The notes beneath the pieces are model-generated. The model did no database searches, was not told the DNA's origin, and saw only the letters and a program-made list of their open reading frames with translations. A stretch of 38,809 bases of DNA from the IMG/VR virus record IMGVR_UViG_3300033067_002286, positions 1 through 38,809 of that record. The stretch is one strand, 5' to 3'. Shown here one piece after another: positions 34,664 through 38,809 of the stretch (the stretch's first letter is position 1; the number at the start of each line of letters is the position of its first letter). The position numbers and the translations under genes are program-made. Origin of the DNA: a virus. Its lineage: Duplodnaviria > Caudoviricetes.

Positions 34664-34825
34664 ATGTGGCTCGTGGAACAGATAAAAAGACTCCTTGCCG
34701 CCTGGAGCGCAGCACGAGCTGCCAAAGCTGCGGCCGAGCTGCCCGCTGGTCAGACTGCGCTTGATCAGATCGATGCCGACGGCGCGACAATTGATGCACA
34801 GCTGAAGATCGGAGCTACGCGGTAA
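34664..34825 (+). CDS. small amphipathic protein in lysis cassette
   Basis: GGAGG RBS; TAATG overlap with the endolysin. Confidence 0.55.
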   Translation: MWLVEQIKRLLAAWSAARAAKAAAELPAGQTALDQIDADGATIDAQLKIGATR

Positions 34826-35313
34826 TGCTCGGCCTTGCTGCGGTGCGCATAGCTGAGCTTGAAGCTGATGCTGGTGCGCGAGAGATAGGCGGCAATAATG
34901 CCGGGCCTTGGGTTGAGAAATACCTGAACGCCGGCCATCCGCAGCGAGTCACCGAACGCGGCGAGCCGTGGTGTGTCGCATTCTTTCTGTGGTGCTGGCT
35001 CCAAGTGCGGCAGCTGCCTTTCGCTTTTACGCTGAGCTCACACCGACTATTCGAACGCGTGCCGTCTATCCGCTGCAAAGGTGAGCCGCCGCCTGGACTT
35101 CAGCCCGGCGACGCGCTGTTTTGGAACTATCACAAAGATGGCACCGACGCGCCCACGCATACCAACATGTACCACCACACCGACGAGCACGGCGTATTGT
35201 GGACTATTGGCGGTAATGAAGGCGACGAAGAATCACACGCACCGGTCAGGGTCAAGCGCCGCGTCGATTTGACTAAACTCTGGGGCGCTGGTTTCATGTC
35301 TGCACTGCCATGA
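34825..35313 (+). CDS. CHAP-domain peptidoglycan hydrolase (endolysin)
   Basis: GARE..NN.GP.V.KY, PWCVAF, PGD, HT and TIGGN motifs. Confidence 0.85.
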   Translation: MLGLAAVRIAELEADAGAREIGGNNAGPWVEKYLNAGHPQRVTERGEPWCVAFFLWCWLQVRQLPFAFTLSSHRLFERVPSIRCKGEPPPGLQPGDALFWNYHKDGTDAPTHTNMYHHTDEHGVLWTIGGNEGDEESHAPVRVKRRVDLTKLWGAGFMSALP

Positions 35314-35393
35314 ACACCGCCGTTAACTCTCGATTTCATTCCCTTCTCGCGTTCTTCTTTATAGCCTGGACATTCCCATTCGGAGCTGGCATC

Positions 35394-36215
35394 ATGGACA
35401 ACCTATACGGTATTTACGCCGCGGATAGCAGCAATGTCTGGGCGGTGGGCGAGCATGGTGTCATTCAGAAATACGACGGCGTGAAATGGACGGCGCAGTC
35501 AAGCGGTATCACGCAGGACCTGCACGCTGTCACAGGGTCAAGCGACACTGGAGCGCCTTTATGGGCTGTCGGCGGAACGCCAGACGGCGCTGGCGTCATT
35601 CTGCAATCGCGCGACCGGGTCTCTTGGACACAGGCATTCGCGCCAAGTCATGCGCTATTCGGTGTTTGGGCACTCAACAGCTCACACGCGTGGGCTGTGG
35701 GCCAAGCCGGCGCTATTTGGTTTTACAATGGCAGCACTTGGACTGCGCAAACCAGCGGTGTATCAACGCCACTGGAAGCTGTGTTTGGTATCGATGCTAC
35801 GCACGTCTGGGCTGTTGGTGACAGCGGCACAATCCTGTTTTGGGACGGCGCTACGTGGGCAACACAGGCATCGCCACTTTCGACATCGCTACTCGCGCTG
35901 TGGGGCACTGATGCTTCGCACGTCTGGGCTGTTGGGCAGAGTGCCATTCTATTCTGGAACGGCGCAACCTGGGCGTTGCAGAAAGACCTAACAGCAACGC
36001 CGGGTACGGTGCTTAACGGCATCGCAGGCACCAACGCAACGCATCTGCGCGCCGCTGGATTTCAAGGCAGCTCGCCCTACGCGCTGGTGTCCACCGACGG
36101 CTCGACCTGGACAAGTGATACGCTTTCTTTGGCCATCCCAAGCTACGCACTCGCACAGATTGGCGGAAGGTACTACGCTGTAGGACAGCACGGCGCAGCG
36201 GCTTTCACTCCGTGA
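35394..36215 (+). CDS. beta-propeller repeat protein
   Basis: About 6-7 repeats of LxxVWGxxxxxVWAVGxxGxIxxxDGxxW; GGAG RBS. Confidence 0.8.
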   Translation: MDNLYGIYAADSSNVWAVGEHGVIQKYDGVKWTAQSSGITQDLHAVTGSSDTGAPLWAVGGTPDGAGVILQSRDRVSWTQAFAPSHALFGVWALNSSHAWAVGQAGAIWFYNGSTWTAQTSGVSTPLEAVFGIDATHVWAVGDSGTILFWDGATWATQASPLSTSLLALWGTDASHVWAVGQSAILFWNGATWALQKDLTATPGTVLNGIAGTNATHLRAAGFQGSSPYALVSTDGSTWTSDTLSLAIPSYALAQIGGRYYAVGQHGAAAFTP

Positions 36216-36296
36216 CATGCATGCCGTGAGTCGCTACTATAGTAGCGATCATACCTGTCAAAGTGCAAGGGAAACAAAGAAAAATGGCAAGAAGGA

Positions 36297-36719
36297 CTAA
36301 CTGACGCGCGGCTTCCAACGAGCAGAAACAGACTGACCGCCAGACCAGTTGCCGTCCAGCGTGACAAGCACCATATCGCCGAGCTCAACATCGAAGCTGT
36401 TTGCAGCGTCTTGCCCATTGCCAGCTTGATTGAGAATCTCAGCCGACAGCGCTGTTGCAGAATAGCTTGGCGTGACAGAGCCGGCAGCCTTAAGCATTGT
36501 CAGATGCAGCGTACCGCCGGTAGTCTGGCGCGCAAGCCCCTGTACTGCCAGGTCACTGACAGTTCCAGGTCCCGGCGCTATCCATGGGATGACTTGTGTG
36601 TTTACCGGATTGGGCGCGTCCGCTGCAATACCGACGAAGTAATTCGCAGTCCAGATATTTGTAGGACTCACGTAGAACTTCAGCACTGCGCCGCCGATGA
36701 TAGGAAGATAAACGCTCAT
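36297..36719 (-). CDS. probable virion beta-sandwich protein
   Basis: Shares a pattern with the C-terminal domains of 36722-37909 and 15979-17214. Confidence 0.6.
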   Translation of the reverse strand: MSVYLPIIGGAVLKFYVSPTNIWTANYFVGIAADAPNPVNTQVIPWIAPGPGTVSDLAVQGLARQTTGGTLHLTMLKAAGSVTPSYSATALSAEILNQAGNGQDAANSFDVELGDMVLVTLDGNWSGGQSVSARWKPRVS

Positions 36720-36721
36720 AG

Positions 36722-37909
36722 TTACACCGTCACGCCAAGAACTGTTTTTAACCGCGGGCGAAACTGCAGCGTAGCTGAAAAACCGTTACAAACCCAATCG
36801 GCCGCAGCAAGTATTCGAATACCGAGCACGTCGCCGCGATTCACTTGTGCGGCATTTGTTGTGTCGTGTCCTTTAGCGCCTGTGATTGTCGCACTGATAC
36901 TGGATGGCGTATAAGTTGGAAGATAAACCGAAATGCCACCCGGCGACACTACAACGGATACGCTCGTAGCTCCGGCAACATTGCCAAAGCCCTGAACAAC
37001 AAGATCGTAGATTTCGCCGTCGCACGGCACAACGTACGGCAAGAAATGCGTTCGGTCTCCATTCGCACCGACGAAGTCATTGTTGAAGAGCGTAGACACA
37101 GCCGGCGAAATAGTGAACTCAAACGAGCCACCGCCAGTGTAATCATACACAAGCAGCAGCGGTAACAAGTTAGGCAGAAACTGCCGAGTCAATAGCCCAT
37201 GGCCCTGTGACTGGAGCGCCTGGAGCCCGAGTATTGACGCCGCAAGCGACGACAACGGCAGTTCTTGCCACAGATTAGCCGTGGAAGCTAGGGTCCAATC
37301 GCCGCGCTGCCAAACAGCTTGGAGTATTTGCCAGTACGGCATGCTGGCATAGTCGCCGGCAGTATAAGTAGTGTCTTTTCCGTTTCGGTACTGTGCTAGT
37401 TGTACGCCGTCAGCGCCGAATACTGTAAACTGATCCAGGTAGATCGGCGGACGCTGCAGCCTATCTAAGTCTTCATTCACAACAGGCCAGACAGCTTGCG
37501 TAGCGTAGCCGAGCTTATTGTTGCGTCGAAAGCAACGCGTGGCTTGCGCTAGAGCAATGCTTTTCTCCGGTGTACTTTTAATGAGCGGCGAAGATAGCGT
37601 AATGATAGGTCCGCATAGTACTGCTGCGCTGTTATCAGCGTTCAAGAATGGCCCGACTAACGGAAACCCGGTAAAGAACTTGCTATAGGCAAGCAGCGCC
37701 GCAATGAGCGCAGGCGTTGCACCGCTGCCGTCATGCACAACATCGGTCACTATTGCCGGAACGCCTAGATTTGTTGCAAAGTCTAGAAATGGCGACGGCA
37801 CATCACCAGCTGTGTAGTCATTGCAGCAGCCAATGATCGGCAATCCAGCAAAGGTTGCAGGCGTAGTTGAGCCGGCCAAAAGAGCTGCGCCGAGTGCGTT
37901 AGAAAGCAT
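36722..37909 (-). CDS. probable tail/baseplate-associated protein
   Basis: TGATG overlap with the baseplate gene; C-terminal beta-sandwich domain. Confidence 0.6.
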   Translation of the reverse strand: MLSNALGAALLAGSTTPATFAGLPIIGCCNDYTAGDVPSPFLDFATNLGVPAIVTDVVHDGSGATPALIAALLAYSKFFTGFPLVGPFLNADNSAAVLCGPIITLSSPLIKSTPEKSIALAQATRCFRRNNKLGYATQAVWPVVNEDLDRLQRPPIYLDQFTVFGADGVQLAQYRNGKDTTYTAGDYASMPYWQILQAVWQRGDWTLASTANLWQELPLSSLAASILGLQALQSQGHGLLTRQFLPNLLPLLLVYDYTGGGSFEFTISPAVSTLFNNDFVGANGDRTHFLPYVVPCDGEIYDLVVQGFGNVAGATSVSVVVSPGGISVYLPTYTPSSISATITGAKGHDTTNAAQVNRGDVLGIRILAAADWVCNGFSATLQFRPRLKTVLGVTV

Positions 37910-38619
37910 CAGATCAACCCTCGCTGCGCCCAATGATCTTCGCCGACAAGTAAACGCACAACCGAACCACTGCCGCCCCAAACACCACTACCCCAAAACC
38001 CTATGCCCCACATGCGGCCAGACAGGTAGTTCAGGTACACGTACATCGGCGTATCGTGCCCAGCTCGGAAGGTGCGCAAGAAGCGCCGGAGCTGGTCTAT
38101 TTGTGCAGCCGTCGCCGTTGTACCCCAAGTGCCGAGTCCCCAAACGCCAACGCCCCAATAGCGCAGTTCGAAGGGCAGCGGCTTTGACGCTATTACATCG
38201 AACTGCGCCCAAACATCGCGCGCAAAGGCATTGATGTAGGGCACGCTATCTGGCGCGCCGTAAAAATCGTGACGGCGGCGAACAATGATATTGCCAAAAC
38301 CCATGCGGCCGAGGTTGTCTTGATGGCTGCCTTCTGTGCCAGCCTTGGCCCATACCGTCCAGCTGGTGCGCAGCACCTCACGAAAAGCTGACTCGGGTTC
38401 GCCGATAGCGCGTTCAAGCTGGCGCTCCGAGGCGATGTACTGCAGTCCATCGAGTGGACAGAAGGACGGCAGCCGAGCAACGCGTGCCTGTACGACGCGA
38501 TTCATTGCTTCGTCCATCATGCGCCCAAGCATGCCTTGCCAGGCGCGCCCATTTGGGCCATTGAGGAATGGCTTATTTAAGATTTTCCGAAGCGCTTCGA
38601 AGGTATCAGCGACGGCCAC
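37909..38619 (-). CDS. baseplate wedge protein, P2 gpI-like
   Basis: PLDGLQYIASERQLER..GE...FR..L...W..W.KAGT; WG repeats; GACCATC-N6-GTG upstream. Confidence 0.7.
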   Translation of the reverse strand: MAVADTFEALRKILNKPFLNGPNGRAWQGMLGRMMDEAMNRVVQARVARLPSFCPLDGLQYIASERQLERAIGEPESAFREVLRTSWTVWAKAGTEGSHQDNLGRMGFGNIIVRRRHDFYGAPDSVPYINAFARDVWAQFDVIASKPLPFELRYWGVGVWGLGTWGTTATAAQIDQLRRFLRTFRAGHDTPMYVYLNYLSGRMWGIGFWGSGVWGGSGSVVRLLVGEDHWAQRGLI

Positions 38620-38644
38620 GGTGTTGATGGTCCGCGTTCAGGTT

Positions 38645-38686
38645 CAAATACAAATGTGGCGGTGTCACGAGCTGCAACACCGCCAC
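38645..38686 (-). terminator. intrinsic terminator-like hairpin
   Basis: Perfect 10-bp stem GTGGCGGTGT/ACACCGCCAC followed on the minus strand by ATTTGTATTTG. Confidence 0.55.
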
Positions 38687-38764
38687 GGCGAAATCAATTG
38701 GCGAGGAATTAGCTGCGCATTTGAGGACTCCGCCGTTTGGCTGTTGTAGTTAGCTGACTTCTTC

Positions 38765-38793
38765 AGTCTACATCAGCCGCTGTCGGCTGTCAA
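38765..38793 (-). promoter_or_regulatory. sigma70-type promoter
   Basis: TTGACA-17-TAGACT on the minus strand. Confidence 0.65.
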
Positions 38794-38809
38794 GCGCTAC
38801 GCAACGTGA

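Noticed and set aside
1-38809. DatZ (HD dATPase), MazZ, primase, large terminase, integrase; stop-codon recoding
   Set aside because: No supporting motifs were seen in this window (they may lie outside it). Genes are intact in the standard code using all three stop codons.

Overview
The whole window reads as part of a tailed dsDNA phage genome. No integrase or host housekeeping context is visible. It has a Mu gpT-like capsid, an HK97-type prohead protease, a P2 gpI-like baseplate protein suggesting a contractile tail, and a CHAP endolysin. The host is possibly Myxococcota/Deltaproteobacteria, which is weak inference. Structural genes are scattered on both strands among replication and nucleotide-metabolism genes. 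The main signal is an apparently self-contained modified-purine pathway, probably making 2-aminoadenine (Z). Its parts are: a PurZ/PurZ0-type adenylosuccinate synthetase (GSEGKG, Ser replacing the catalytic Asp) fused to an N-terminal P-loop kinase; a phage-encoded adenylosuccinate lyase (PurB); three further nucleotide-kinase-like P-loop proteins; a circularly permuted HAD 5'-deoxynucleotidase; and a family A DNA polymerase with a heavily rewritten nucleotide-binding pocket. Also present: Acb1-like and Acb2/Tad1-like counter-defence candidates, a degenerate dUTPase, an amino-methyltransferase, tRNA-Thr(UGU), a perfect 199-bp direct repeat around a 3-gene cassette, and two classes of apparently leaderless promoters. 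All calls come from motif recognition by eye; no searches were run.
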